Shown here: piece by piece, positions 23,959-37,517 of the stretch
How the letters are laid out: every line of letters begins with the position of its first letter
Position numbering within the stretch: position 1 is the stretch's first letter
NCBI GenBank assembly: GCA_010909165.1
Contig: VJWM01000219.1
Span: 62,001-126,000 of the forward strand
From: Anthoceros angustus
Taxonomy: Eukaryota > Plantae > Anthocerotophyta
DNA length: 64,000 bases
Direction: 5' to 3'
Program-made: the position numbers and the translations under genes
Notes under the pieces: generated by a model
The model's database searches: none
Seen by the model: only the letters and a program-made list of their open reading frames with translations
What the model was told of the DNA's origin: nothing

Positions 23959-26900
23959 ATGAAGATGCCGGGTTTGTCAAGAGGATTGCACTCGAATCAT
24001 TCCCCTTCTTCCTCTCTGTCGGGCTATGTAGGATCTGGCAGTGATGGACGCTCTGCTGTTTGGACACGCTCTAATACCGAGGATGTCAACCTGGGCCAGC
24101 TCCACAAGGTAGTTGCCAGAAATTGCATGCTTAAATCATTTCTAGCAAGACATTTAAAGGTGTCAACTTTGGAAGATACAGCCACCTGCCTTACATGTGG
24201 TCTAACTGGCTGCAATTAGGCTCAGGTGAGCATGATCAGTTGGGAACTGATGCCTGCATTCTGGGACTCTTGAGAGTTTCCTGTTGTCAGGAACTATTTG
24301 AAACTGAGTGCTCCGTCCGGGGTTGGGGATTGATTCTAGGCGGGGGATTGTTGATGATACTTTCTGCTGGTGATGGGAGCCTTGCACTGAGTCCATTGGC
24401 TTTTCGTTATAGAGCCATCATCTCCAGGATCTTTTGGCCGCTGAGTTCAGGCCGTGTTAGTAAGACTGTAGGAGGGGTGCTGGACGAATCAATGAGATAA
24501 ACCTCTTTGCTCGCTTTGGAATGGAATAAGTCATCTTCTTGTGTGAGTCGCATATTCTCCTCATGTCATGTCTTTAACCTTCTTTGTAGGGTCCAATGTA
24601 CACAAATGAGTTAGGGAGTGGTTTGGCGACGTCCCTGTAGATTTGAGCAAGGGCTTGCTCTCGTTTTGCAAGACTCTCCCAGCTGGATGGACCTTGTGGT
24701 AGTCTGTATTCCAGGTTGTGTTGTAGCTCAAGTGGGATACATCACGTTGGTCTCTGTGCAATTTGATCCTAAGCACACTTTTAATGTCATAAACAAACAG
24801 TTTGGATCATTTCTGTGCATGCACAATGATGCACAGGGTGCTTGTTGTACCGGTCATTGTGTACTTGTGGGAGTCTTTGTCTACCAAATTTCTGACCAAA
24901 AATGTTGTCTTTCCAGTTTTGGAATGAGCTGTCATCAGCTGAAAGGCGAGACTTGTTGCGCATTGACAAGCACACACTGTTTGAACAAGTCCGGAAGAAT
25001 CTCTACTGTTCAAGATGTCATGGGTTGCTGGTTGAGGGATTTGCCCAGATTATGAATGGGAAAAATCGCCATAGTGGCCTGTTGGCTTACAGTAGTGGAT
25101 GTGCAGGAGGAGGTAGTAGGCACACTTCTGAAAATGGGTCAAGCGGAAGTCTTTCTTCAATGGATGATACGAGAGATCCATCTGTCCATTCCTGGGGTGG
25201 GCTTGCGGCTACTCGCGACAACATGCTTACAGTTTTGGACTGTTTTTTGGAAGGGACGCCACTCGAGGTGCTCCAAAATGTACCCACGGCATACTGAAAC
25301 TACTTTATCTGGCAATTTGTGAGCTGTGGTTTCTTTCAGTGTACTTGCTGTTGGGTCTGACTAGAATTGGATGGCAAGTTTTGGAGATTCAACGGATGAG
25401 GATTGGTGCTTACTCCCCTTTGTGATCAGTTTCCTCATTGAGAGATTCTTACCTCAGGTACTCTGCAGGTCTTTGAGAGTGCTCGAACAAGGGAGCGGGA
25501 GAGGGAACTACTATACCCTGATGCATGTGGGGGAGGTGGTAGAGGGTGGATCAGCCAAAGTGTTGGCAATTTTGGGGCCAGTGGAAGAGGGCATGGCCTG
25601 AAGGAGACCTGTGCTCTTCACACAGCAAGGCTTTCCTGTGAAGCCCTTGTAGATTTCTGGGCAGCATTAGGAGAGGAGACAAGGAGGTCATTGCTGAGAA
25701 TGAAAGAAGAGGACTTCATTGAAAGGCTGATGTTCAGGTTGGGGACTGGCAACTCCTCTTCTGTTTATTGCAGAACTTTTTGTTCTGTGCGAAACTGTTA
25801 CTGTGCAGTCCTGCATGCCCGTTTGGGTGGCAAGTGTAAATTGCAATCTTTGTGCGTGATTTTAAATTGTGAATTGTCACTCAGGTTTGACAGTAAACGG
25901 TTTTGTCGGGATTGTCGGCGAAATGTTCTCCGTGAGTTCAAGGAAATGAAGGAACTTAAACGCACACGGAAGGAGCCTAGGTGTACTCGCTGGTTCTGTG
26001 CTGCTGATACAGTATTTCGATATGAGGTAGACCTGGATTTCTTTTGCAAGATATTCTGCGAGTGGCAATTCTGTGTGGTGATTGATGACCTGTGAGGAAT
26101 GTTCAATGCTAGTCATGACTTGATTGTTTAGAAATTGGTTCCTGAACCATGTTGTTATAGGTTATTTCAAAGCTGGGTGTTCAGTCTGCTACTTTTGCTT
26201 CTTCCTGTGTTCTGAAAGTGCTTTGCACTTTCGATTTGAGCTGCCCACCCAAAGCGGAAACTCAAGGGGATATTCAAGGCCTTGTATTGAACAAGGTCTA
26301 ATGACGTGCAATTGAGGCTCAATGAATATGTGAGTTTGCAGATTTGTGCGGAAATATGAGCTCCTGCAAGTTTGGAGTCATGGGCAAGGTAGGCTGGGAA
26401 ATATTGTTGAATCTGGCTTGCAGATTAGATTTCGGTTATACCAGCAATGGATTTCCCACTTGATAGAGTTCATTGTCAAGGCCACCTGTCTGCACAGTTG
26501 TCATCCCTGGTGACACTGGGTTTAAGAAAGGAATGTCCAAGTTCTCACATTCGAGTTTCGTAAGGAGAGTGGGGTTTTGATCCGTGCCTGGTGTGGTCTC
26601 ATGCCTGCTTTGTTTATAGTTATGGGTGTAAGAGTTTGTGTTTTCAAATATTGTCCGCTCGAGAACAAGGTGGGGAGCAGTCATGGAAATCGGAACTGTA
26701 AAACTTTTTTCTTATTTTGAGCATTGTTTCGGAAGATACTCATGTGACAGTTATTCAATTGCTGTGCAGGTTTCCGATTCTGTGGTTCATGTCGACTGGC
26801 GGGATTGTTTTGCAGGGGACGTGGGTACTGTCTACCAACGGTTTGAGTGGGCAGTGGGCACAGCTGAAGGGAAGTCAGATATTCTTGGTTTCGAGGATGT

Positions 26901-29900
26901 TGGTTTATCTGAAACTGTTCAGATAGATGGCCTCGATCTTGGAAGTGTATCAGCTTGTCATATAACCATAAGGGGTTTGCGGCGCGATGGGCGTACATTG
27001 GAGCTGGCTGCAAAAGCTCATGCATTGAAAGGGCAACTGTGTGTCCATCGGCGCCTGATTGTTGGGGATGGCATTGTATCCATCACAAAGGGGGAGAGCA
27101 TCCAACGTTTCTTCGAACGAGCAGAAGAGACAGAGGAAGAAGAGGTAACAATAGTGTCTTGCAAGCTGAGTAAAATCTTTTTTCAGTTTGTATGCTTGTT
27201 TGCCTACCTAACTGCTTATATTCCTTCAAAGGATGAGGATTCCATGGACAAAGATGGCAATGACCTGGATGGTGAAGGAACTCGACCACAAAAACATGCG
27301 AAGAGTCCTGAACTTGCCCGAGATTTTTTGTTGGATGCTGCAACCGTGATATTCAAGGAACAGGTCAACTTTTATCTAAGACTCTGCTTGTCAGTGGCAA
27401 AATGGGTGTCCTGAAGTGGATGATTCAGACGTGAATGATTTGTAACAGGTTGAAAAAGCCTTCAGGGAAGGTACAGCTCGACAGAATGCACACAGCATTT
27501 TTGTATGTCTGGCACTGAGCTTGTTGGAAGAGCGAGTCAGGGTGGCCTGCAAGGAGATAACCACACTCGAGAAACAGGTTTTGCGTCGCTTGCCATGCAT
27601 GTGTTCCTGTTAGATTAAGATGCTGTTTTCAGTTTCTCATTGTCAAATATCATCTTGCAGAACAAACTTCTTGAAGAAGAAGAAGATGAGAAACGGGAAG
27701 AAGAAGAGAGGAGAGAGCGAAGGAAATTGAGAGAAAAGGAAAAAAAACTTAGGAAGAAAGAGAAGTTGAAAGGACGGGCGAAAGACAGGAGCAAAGGTGA
27801 AGTGAAGTCTCTTGTGATCACAGCCAATGGACACACAGACACCATGTCCTGTGCTAGTGAGGAGGAACAAGATTGCTCTTCTGTGACTCATGTAGATGGA
27901 GAGTCACGAATCAGTGATAGCACATCTGCAAGACCTTCATCTCCCGACATGGTTGAGGCTAGGCCCTCCGGGGATGGCTCGGATAGTGACTGTGCATCTG
28001 GTAAGAGTAATGAATGCATCTCAGGAATGGATGATGTCGCAGACACTTTGAGCAAGCGGGATGGGAATGGAGCATTTATCTTTGAGCAGTCGAAGTCAGC
28101 CAAGAGAAGATCACAATTGAGGAAGAATCAGGTGATTGAGACAAGCCCAAGCAGCTCTGCCAGGAAGGGTCCCCATAGGACAGCAGTTGATGAGGACAAT
28201 AACTGTGGACCTGCAAGAGATCCTATCTCTGGCTCTTTACAGCGATGTGGCTCAACAGGGAATCGGAAGGTTGGAGCAGATAACAATCACCATACTGCTA
28301 GTGTTTATAGCTTAAAACGATTTGATAGCTGGAGCTCGACAGTCCCGGAAACCCACAAGAGACATGAGCATCACCAACATTGTGCTTGTGGTAGTCCACA
28401 AAATGGTGTCCGAGTCAAGATTCATGGTCAGAGGAGCATTGCTAGGATAGTGAGCAAAGATGCAGGCTCAGCAAAGTCAGAGAGAGATGGGTACTCAGCT
28501 TCAGTATCACGCCCCTTATGTGGGAATGAGACAGAGGTGCCTGCAGAGGCACAAGGGAAGAGGGACACTCTAGAAATTTTGGATGAATGGAAAGATTCGC
28601 TTACAGGAGAGTCTAGCATAGGTGCTGAGGCATCGAAAGAACAGAGACAGGATGCAGAGGTAGATGATTTGTCTGTGGAAGGGTGTGCAAGAAACTATGC
28701 TGATGGTGGCTCAGCTCCAGATGGAGCAGCAGGAATGTCACAACTAGGTTCATCCAGTGGTCATACAGGTGCCATGGACTTATCTAATGGTCATACTACA
28801 ACTCAGGTTGGGCCAAGTTCAGCAAGTACCGGCAAGCTTGTCTGGGTATCAAATACTGCGAATAGTTCCTCCAGCTCATTGGCTGGGGTATCGGTTGTCA
28901 AAACCCCTGCAGTATCAGCTGGTCGGGCTAGTGTAAACGGTAACCTCGTCTCAAAGGTTGCTGCACCAAAGACTGGGCAAGGAAAAGCAAGGAGGCCAAA
29001 CGGGATGACAGTTGTACCTCGTGCGGCAGGTGTGGGGTCAGGAGCATTATTGCCATCTTCAACTGCATCAGGTCCTGTTTCTATTTCCACGTCAAGTGCT
29101 TCTCTGGCTACTACAGCACCTGCATCGGATGAAGGAAGTGAGACTGCAGTGATTTCCGTCAGTGGTGAACCATCAAATGGTAGCCAGTCTTCTATACACG
29201 AGGCTCCTCCGGTTGTTGTAAGTGATGGGAATATTATGACCTCCATGCTTCAACGAAGCGCGTCTTCCTCAAGCCTTCAGCAATATTCAGTGCGACCTGC
29301 AGGGAGCGGCAGGACTGGGCCCCACACAAGTACACTTAGTACGGCAAGTGATCCGTTTGAGCCAGAGCGCATGCGGCAACAGAATTACATAAAGACTGCT
29401 AGTGGTCCTAGGAATGGTTTATCTTTAGAGAGCAAAGTGTTGGTGGAGGCTAATTGCTCTCGGCCACCTGTTCATGCAGTCGTGGCGACTGGTATGATGC
29501 AAGCCATGGAAGGGCCAGGTCCAGGGCAGCATTTACATGCCGAGAAGAACGTTTTGATTCATAACGGCGCTGTGATTCCACCAGGTATGGTTGTAGGCCC
29601 ACATCATCTTCATAGTGGACCCCAATCTGGTCTTCCGACCCCTGGGAATGGTGTAAGGCCAATGAAGAACATGTTTCCCGGCTCACCGGAGATGTTGCCG
29701 ATGGCAGCATGTGGGCCTGTGCCTATGCACCTCCATCCAAGCCAGCAGTCGTATGGATACTTTCATATGCAACCACCCTGGGCACCACGTGGTAGGAATG
29801 GTGTACTGCCTCTTCCTCAACCTGGAGGATTTGTATTATCTGGCCCAGGGGGGATGGGGATGCCAATGGGTAGCCTACCACCTATGTCGCTCCCAGTCCC

Positions 29901-30507
29901 AGCATCACTGCAACCTCTTCCCCCTCCAAGCCTGGCTGGCCCAGGGCATTTCCAGGTTCCCATGCAAAATGGACTGAATTCCCTTGTTAGGGAGACAGCT
30001 TTTTTGTCCAGATATGGTGGGAGAAGCAATGGCACTCCTCCTGGAGTGACTCGGTCGGGGGGCCATCAAGTGTTGGCACTTTCACAACCGGAGGCTGGAG
30101 TGTCAGTGCCACAGGAAGAGGCAAAGCATGCAAGTGATGGTGGTTCTCCAACATCAGTGGGCCCTGTAGATGCTGAGGGTCCAGCACCGGGTGCGAATGA
30201 CGACAGTCCGGTGCTGAACAAGCCTGGCGGCAACTTTCCCCCGTTTCATTTTGGGGGCCCTGCCTCTTCGCACGCTGCTCAAGTGTTAGAACCTGACAGC
30301 TCCAGTAAGGACACAGGGTCCTCAAAGGAGAAGAAGCATGTTGCAGCCACAACGAGCAGCAGTGAATCGAATGTCCCTGAAATCTCCAGGACACGGAGGT
30401 GTGTTGACGAGCATGCAGCAGGAACAGGCTCGGACTTATGCTCACCTGCTGCTGGCGAGTACAGCCTGTTCGCTGCAGCACCTGGCAAAGGGCTTGGTTT
30501 CTTTTAA
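23959..30507 (+). CDS. Large conserved plant protein with an NST1-like N-terminal region (At3g58050/At2g41960-like), multi-exon
   Basis: MPGLSR...LGQLHK|FWNELSSAERRDLLRIDKHTLFEQVRKNLYCSRC; RFDSKRFCRDCRRN; KHAKSPELARDFLLDAA; Glu/Lys coil; ~2.85-kb last exon ending EYSLFAAAPGKGLGFF*. Confidence 0.88.
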
Positions 30508-31515
30508 GCGCCAAGTCCGCGTACGGCAGCTCCCTTCTCTAGAGAGGTAAGGGTTGCTCCACAAATCTGTACCAACTTGAATTGTGGACAGATGCCGTCT
30601 GTCATTGTCGCGTGCGAGAGGCGTAAGAGGTGCCATCGGGTTTGTTATCTAACGAAGCTACATCGTCGTTGTATTGATGATATCCATTTAGGGTTTCCCT
30701 TCATTGATGGAATATAATTGTTTGAGAGTCAGATACCTCATTGACCAGTCTCCCCGATTTGAAGTGAGATTCGTTAAAGTGCCAAAACAGCTTACATATA
30801 CACCGAGGGTTTTGGGCTCGCCTTCCTCAATTTCTGGCCTATAAAACACAACCGTTGCTGCAGCCCTTTCACATGCTATTCCGGCCTTTCGTGCGATTTT
30901 GGCGCATGCGTATTGAACTCTCAACGACCAGAGAATGTACCCACTTCAGAACGTTGTGAGGAGCCAAGTCTGCCGGCACATATGTAGCATTTGTTGGAGC
31001 TATCACACGGATGTACCAATTTTGGTGAAATGGCTTCGCAGGTAAGGAATGCATCCGTGTCCTTCATGCGGCCAGTCCAGACCTCTACGCACGTCAATGG
31101 TTCTCAAATTCCAATGCAATCTGGGCTACCGTCCTCATAGCTCACATGCCCATTGCCTAGGTAACAGCCCCCTCGAAGCCTAATCTGGGCAACAGCCCCC
31201 TCGAAGCCTCGAAGCACATTGCGTTGCTCACATATGCATGAAAATGAGTAGACTACATGCAAGTCGCTCGAGTTTTTGCGAGATTCTAGTTCGTGAAAAT
31301 AGATTGTGCTAAATTAGAGAAAGCGGACTGCGTACACCTTCCAGCACGCACAGGTCCTCCCACTGCATTGCCTGCTGATGCCCAGGGCAGCCCTGCCATG
31401 CGTTCAAAACCCCCATGCCAATCCGAAGACTCAAAACAAAACGTGCTCAGCATATACATGCCAACAGGTGCAGGGCATCTTTACAGGTGGATAAGTCTCG
31501 CAACCTCGTAAGTAC

Positions 31516-33518
31516 CTACATCCTCTTGATTTTGGAAAAGCTGCTAGTCTTGGAAAAGTATGTACTCTGTGTTCCAGCTGCAAGCTGAGCAGCATGGGCC
31601 TGTGGATTGGACAGCTCGATACCCTACAGTCGCAACAAAGTTCCTCCTCAGACACAAGTAAAAAGAATCATCATTACCAGTCACGGCAGGTTGACAAAAG
31701 CACGAGTCTTATCAAAACCTGAACGGGTGTGAACGCCAGACTGGAAGTAAGTCCTGAAGTGGCTCCACTGCTGCCGTAATGTTTCTCCTTGAATCTGTGA
31801 AGTCAAAAACCGAAAGGAAAACCTCATCAGCGATAGCCATAAAGCAACCACAGGTTTATGACCAGTAAGATGCGAAAAATAAAACTTCCTACTTCTTTGC
31901 CACTTTAGCGGCGAGCTTGTTCTGCCCAATGGTGACCCGTAGTTTCCCACTTCCTGCCTGTCCCAGCATACCATAACCCTCACCAAGCCCATCCCCTGCA
32001 CATCCTCACGACAAGTTGGAACACATTCGTTAAAGAAATTATACCCAAAACTTGCAAACAGACCCATGATGCTGCAGTGCGGGGTTACACACCTAAGGAG
32101 CTCTCCTCAGGAATCCCGAAGTGCATGCGATTTGCAAGCTTTCTCATGTCCGTCAGGGCGTATCTGCACAGGGTAAGTCAACGAATGCACCATTAACCAT
32201 CGGCAGGATGCCTATAGCCAAGCAACGACAACATGAGCAGGAAAACAGCAAAAACGCCATACCTCTCCTTCATTTTCCGTAGCCTTCTGCCACCTCTTTT
32301 CTTCTTGGGCTCCGAATCTGGAACAGGCAATGGCTTCGGCTGCTTGGCAGGAGGAGGTTCTTGCCACTTCTCAATCTTTTTCACAATCTCTTCTCTCAAC
32401 TCCCTGCCATGCTGCCCTGATGGATCCCCTCTAGTAGCATCTATACGAGCTGCCAAAGTGGACTTGCCTGCCACCAGCCGGCATGCTCTCAGCCGTAGAG
32501 GTGGTGGTGTGCTTTGCACAAGCTCTGTATGGTACAGAAACCCTGTATGAGAAAGTGCCGTGGCAGTGGAAAAGCCAGCCAGACTCTTCTTCTTGGCGCC
32601 AAGAACGTGAACATTACAGGCCGGCATCTTGGCAAGAGAATTGAGGCCCCCAGCCGCTCCCATCAGCTTTGCTGCCGTGGCGCTCCCAACTATAGCAGAC
32701 AGATTCGGAGCAATGTAACCCATCCTGCTCTCCACAAATTCCAACACTTTCTTCTTCGCCTCATCCAGGGCTAAAGCCCTGTCGCAAGCATCCAACGTCT
32801 TCTTCAGGTCCTCCTCAGACAAGGGTTTCCCGCTTGTGGTGGAGGCAGTGACAGAGACAACCATGATAGTGGCCGAAGGAAGCAACCCTTCCAGCTCCAC
32901 CAACGGCAAATCCGTCACGTTGCCAATTCTCTTCACCAGGCGGGAGTAATCAATCGGATGAAGCACCAAAGACTCCAACTCCGGAAACTTGGAGCGGTAC
33001 TTATCCCTGATGTAGTTGTGTATCACAATGATCTCGTTATCAATGTCTGCCGACAGAGTATTACAGTCCACTATAAGCTGATACTCAGGATCATCCTCAG
33101 ACACAAGCCCCGTGCGAGAACTGTGAGTTTCACTATTCATGGCCTCATCAACTTTCTGCATGGTCAGAAACACAAGTCAAGCCGTGCCGTCGAACGCGAA
33201 CCGGGTAGCTAATCCAACACCCACAAACCATACCTTCATCATGTCGTTGTACCGCTGGCTTTTCTGAAGCTTAGCGACGGCATCCAGATCGTCATAATTC
33301 AAGGCCACATCCAGCATCTTCTCGTCCTCATCTTCATCCTGGCCTTCGCCTTCCACGGCCTCCTGTGAGCACACACAGCCTGATCAGGGGATGTTAGATC
33401 CAGACACGCCGTCAGCATGGTGGAAGTGGGCGGACTTGAACCTCACCTCCAACGGTGCTTCATTGTCGGACAAATCTTCAAGGTCGGCAAGGAAAGAGTC
33501 GGCAAGAGTGGAATTCAT
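31516..33518 (-). CDS. PRP31: U4/U6 snRNP protein Prp31
   Basis: TLADSFLADLEDL; Nop domain KFPELESLV and LAKMPACN; KKRGGRRLRKMKERY; SGLTSSLAFTPVQ|GIEL; ends SFSKIKRM*. Confidence 0.96.
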
Positions 33519-33705
33519 CCTGTCAGCAAGGCAGTTCTCCGCCCGCACCGCTCACAAGGCTGCTCTTGCTGAATTCTGAGTCTCTGAAACGCGGCAGAAA
33601 TGCGCAACACATGACACATACAATAAGACGAAGAATTCTGTCGATAGGCAGGCATCTTTGAATTTTTGCATATTTATACTTGAAATCGGCATATTCATTT
33701 ACTGC

Positions 33706-33713
33706 TAGGGTTT
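33706..33713 (-). promoter_or_regulatory. Telo-box upstream of PRP31
   Basis: TAGGGTTT (AAACCCTA on minus) about 190 bp upstream of the ATG. Confidence 0.35.
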
Positions 33714-34275
33714 CCGGTCCTTGGACTCACTCGGCGATGGCGGGCGAGTTCAAAGGCGCACGAATGTCGCTTTTGCAACCTGTGCGGCTCCCTTGCTTAC
33801 CTTCGACACGGCAAGCTACGCGTCCTGCTCGCTCTGTGGGAGCCAGCGTGATGTCTTGCAAATTCAAGCCAGCCGACTGACTTGGTAGATAAACGTTCGA
33901 CGGAGTCCGACGGGACAAATTCGGAGCGTTTCAGGGGAAGGAAAAGAGTTGCGCCCCCGGGCCTGAGGTAGGTCGTATTCCCGTTCTTTGTGCGGGTTAC
34001 GGGACGCGCAATAGGCCCTTGCGGAATGCCTGAAATTCTAGTGGATTTGTGTATGATTTTTCCTGCGGAGATGGGGGATCGAGCCCCTCATACACGCAGT
34101 TGATGAACGGGCTGCCAGAAACGATGACGAGGAGGTCCAGCAGTCGAGCTTGAACACAAAAATCGGTTTGGTATGTTGAATGGATCGAATGCACTGTGAA
34201 CGACGAATGTCCTAATTAATATATATGCGGAATTTGTCCCGGATTGAGGAAATGGATTGACTCTATGTAGAAAGA

Positions 34276-35665
34276 AAAGAGATGGAAAAAATGCCATCCG
34301 GAAAAAAAAAAAGATGTCACCCCAATAATGGGCACCAGTCCAAGAGGGATTAACTCCCGCGCTTTTCTCAAAACTACCTACTGCCTTAAGGACTTATGAT
34401 CGGAGATAAGAAAGAGCCCATTTACCACTGCCGCCGAAGAAGTTGCCTCCCCTACACTAGTCGCCGTCCTATACATTGCATTCGCCAATGCCCTTTGCAG
34501 GGCGATGGACACCCATTGCCTTAAGAAAGATACAAGAAAGGGGGAGACCAACCACCTTCCTGCGATCGTGGTAAGACTTAGCACAGGCCTTGAGGAACTT
34601 CGAGAAGTCCCGATCCATGGCCCCATGAGTCTCAATGGCAAGGGGGATAAAAGTGTGGTCGTTCTGCATAGGAAAGTACTCGTGGACCTTGGCCATCGCG
34701 CAGCCTTCCGCCATCGGGGGTTGAGGATAACGTGCTAACAGGTACTGTCCCGGATGGGGTCCGTTACAACCACATCAGCGATAAAAACTTGGTCCCCTGG
34801 GTCAAGAAAAGGCCAGCCCTGAGAGACACACCATTGAGCAAAGTGTAGGGACGCTCCCTATAGGGAAAAAAGCCGCCCTCTTTGGCCACCGAGAACATGA
34901 CGTCCCGGATGGCATCATGCATAGTAATGCGCTGCCCGCCAGCGGGATAGCAGGCCAGATGGGCCCCAGGGTCATCGAGGGAAGCCCCATAGCTGCAAGC
35001 AGAGAGAGAATAGGCCAAAGGTTGGACCAGACCCAAGCGGAAACGCATCGCGATAGAAAAGGTTGTTAGTGCGATGTGGAACGCCTAGATATTACGACTA
35101 GCCAGGAACCTGCTCCCTTCCCCGAGCAAGAACGAAACCGAGCACAGATGGGCCTGGGAATGGAAGAATCCTGAAGAAGGCCCAGCTGCGCCTGCCCATA
35201 ATGCTTCTCCAGGAGCAACTCTTGAAGCCCCCGCATCCCAACCTCGAGGAGGGAGGAGAAAAGAGGCATGGCGGCCCTAGCCTAAAGAGGATACAGATCC
35301 TCTAGACACGCTTAAGGACGACTGCAGAGGAACCTCCTCAACCCCCGAGACGAATGTCCCCAGGCCCTAAGATATGGGAATTGTCAGCCATTGGCGGATA
35401 CAGACTTTCCCATACCATGGAGGCAGTTAGGGACAACGCTTTGGAATGCACCATAGTGAAGAGCGCCCCCCCTAAAGGGTCACCCTGCCTTGTGCCCGTC
35501 GTCGAGTCCAACTCAGAAACCCCCTCCACTGCAGGGCCATGTTGATAGTAGAGTTTGGAGGGGGACCCATAGACAGAGCGGACAAAGGGGATAAGGTTGG
35601 CCAACAGCCCACCAGCATTCTTGAGCTCGTCGAAGATAGCCGCCCTAGAGACAGTGTTGAAATTA
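34276..35665 (-). mobile_element. Degenerate, 5'-truncated CRE-like non-LTR retrotransposon (RT, CCHC finger, restriction-like endonuclease)
   Basis: FNTVSRAAI, GTRQGDPLGGALF and MADN (RT motifs); C..LDDPGAHLAC..GG..HDAIRD zinc knuckle; FIPLAIETHG and VSIALQRALANA (RLE end). Contains frameshifts. Confidence 0.82.
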
Positions 35666-35692
35666 TGTAAGTGTGTATCGAGGTCATGAGTA

Positions 35693-35930
35693 AGTTTTTT
35701 TAGCAATAATTCAAGACTTTATAGATATGTCAAAGTATGCAGCGAAGTGATGCACTGGGAAGAAGATCTGGAGTAATTTTTTTTTAGCAATAATTCGAGA
35801 CTTAATAGATATGTCAAAGCATATAGTGAAGTCCTGCACTGGGAAGAAGATTTGAAGTAACCTTATAGGCACTAACAAATGGAAAAGAAGATCTAGAGTA
35901 ACCTTGAAGGACACTAAAAATTGGAGAAGA
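35693..35930. repeat. ~81-bp tandem duplication grading into ~41-bp units
   Basis: TTTTAGCAATAATTC(A/G)AGACTT..ATAGATATGTCAAAG...GCACTGGGAAGAAGAT occurs twice, followed by AGAAGATCT.GAGTAACC-type units. Confidence 0.75.
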
Positions 35931-36291
35931 CTATTTCCATCATTATGTGCAAGTCATGGCACTTCAGGCTTCCAACTTTGCCGCTCGCGATTTTCGCAGC
36001 TGTGTTAGATCCATACCCTGTTGGCAGCTTTATGCGTTTCATTTCTTGAATAACCCGTTTCTGATCGTCTCGCCCCAGGACGTATGCCGCCTCGGGGCAA
36101 TGAGCCTCCTCCCCTACTGGCCACAACCACCCTTTCCCTCCACTTGCTTTCATGTCCATCCGTGATGCCAGGTCATCACGCTCTCCAATCAACGTGTGCC
36201 ATATGGCCTCGGCGTTGTTTTTCTCGACATGCATAACGTCCTTTGGTGCCCATTTCAGCAAATGATGCCAATATGGGAGCTCCAGAAACAA
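35914..36291 (-). mobile_element. CACTA/EnSpm Tnp2 transposase fragment
   Basis: FLELPYW...DVMHVEKN...KLPTGYGSN...LKCHDLHIMM, hallmarks of plant Tnp2. Confidence 0.85.
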
Positions 36292-36348
36292 GGACGACCT
36301 TCATCAGGTTCTAAACCGTCCTCGCTGTCGGAGCTCTACTGGGGTCGC

Positions 36349-36490
36349 GTAACCCCGTAGGATACAAAAAATTGGAGAAGAAGATCTGGAGTAATCCCAT
36401 AGGCCACTAATAATTGGAGAAGAAGATCTGGAGTAACCCCGTAGGACACTAACAACTAGAGAAGATATGAGTAACCCCATAGGACACTAA
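36349..36490. repeat. ~41-bp tandem repeat, 3-4 units
   Basis: GTAACCCC(G/A)TAGG..ACTAA..ATTGGAGAAGAAGATCTGGA recurring. Confidence 0.8.
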
Positions 36491-36798
36491 GAACTTAATG
36501 TTATAAAAGATAGCCCCATAAGGGCCATGAAATTAGAAGACGGGAGGCCCCTCATCTGAACAGTGATCCATCCTACCTGAATACTAATCCGTCCCATCTG
36601 AGCACTATGAAGTTCCTATGGACTGATGTCTGGATGTCACTTCTTGAAAGAGAGACGTCACGAGTAAGTTTGCACTCATTTAAGATCAACGATCTAGCAA
36701 AAATAAATACTGTAGCCAGTCTGTCATGATTATCACTTCATGTTGTTGTATTCGCTCTAGATGATGCTCTACTAGAGAATTAAAGTTTTGTTAATTTG

Positions 36799-36875
36799 GA
36801 AATTTGTATCCACAAAGAAACACTTTTACAAGCACGCAAAATCGTATTGAAAATTTGTATCCACAAAGAAACATC
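36799..36875. repeat. Direct repeat, period ~51 bp
   Basis: AAATTTGTATCCACAAAGAAACA occurs twice. Confidence 0.7.
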
Positions 36876-37270
36876 TTTTCAAGCTCACAGTCTCGTATTA
36901 GAGCTGCTTCCTTGGCACAATGATTTTTGCCAAAATATATTTGACAATGTTTCTTGTTATGTGCGGAATCCACTTCTCTTTCTACCTCCAATGCGTGGTG
37001 TAGTGGTAGAAGGACTTAAGCTAAGATACCCCAAAATACCTTGGCTCGCCATTTTTCATTTTTTTTCGGAGGTATCATTTTTGCTCTTTCCAGTCTATGT
37101 GATGTTATCCCTCATAGATCTTTGAGTGTGAGGTGTTTGGAGCTTGTTTCTTTTTAAGGCCATTGATACATCTTACAATTACCTTCAAATGATCCACGTT
37201 CACTTTTGGCACTTAAATTGAAACAAGGTCTTGCACAGCTTTGTCTATGGAAGACAACTTAGGTGGTGAC

Positions 37271-37407
37271 AGCAAATGCTCTCTAGAAAATGTGTATGGA
37301 AACTCCAAAGCAAACAACCAACCATACACAAGATTTCAAGCAAATGCTCTCTAGAAAATGTACATGGAGACTCCAAAGCAACCAACTAACTATATGCAGG
37401 ATTTCAT
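37271..37407. repeat. ~68-bp tandem duplication
   Basis: AGCAAATGCTCTCTAGAAAATGT..ATGGA.ACTCCAAAGCAA...GATTTCA occurs twice. Confidence 0.85.
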
Positions 37408-37517
37408 CTAGCGATGTTACTGAGACCTACCATATTGTAAAACAAATAAAGTAAAACAAATAAAGAAAATGAAATATGTCCTTGGACCAAGAACTTGGAA
37501 AAGAAGACTTTATTATA

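Noticed and set aside
36349-36490. 41-bp repeats as a CRISPR array
   Set aside because: Contiguous degenerate tandem units attached to a CACTA fragment.
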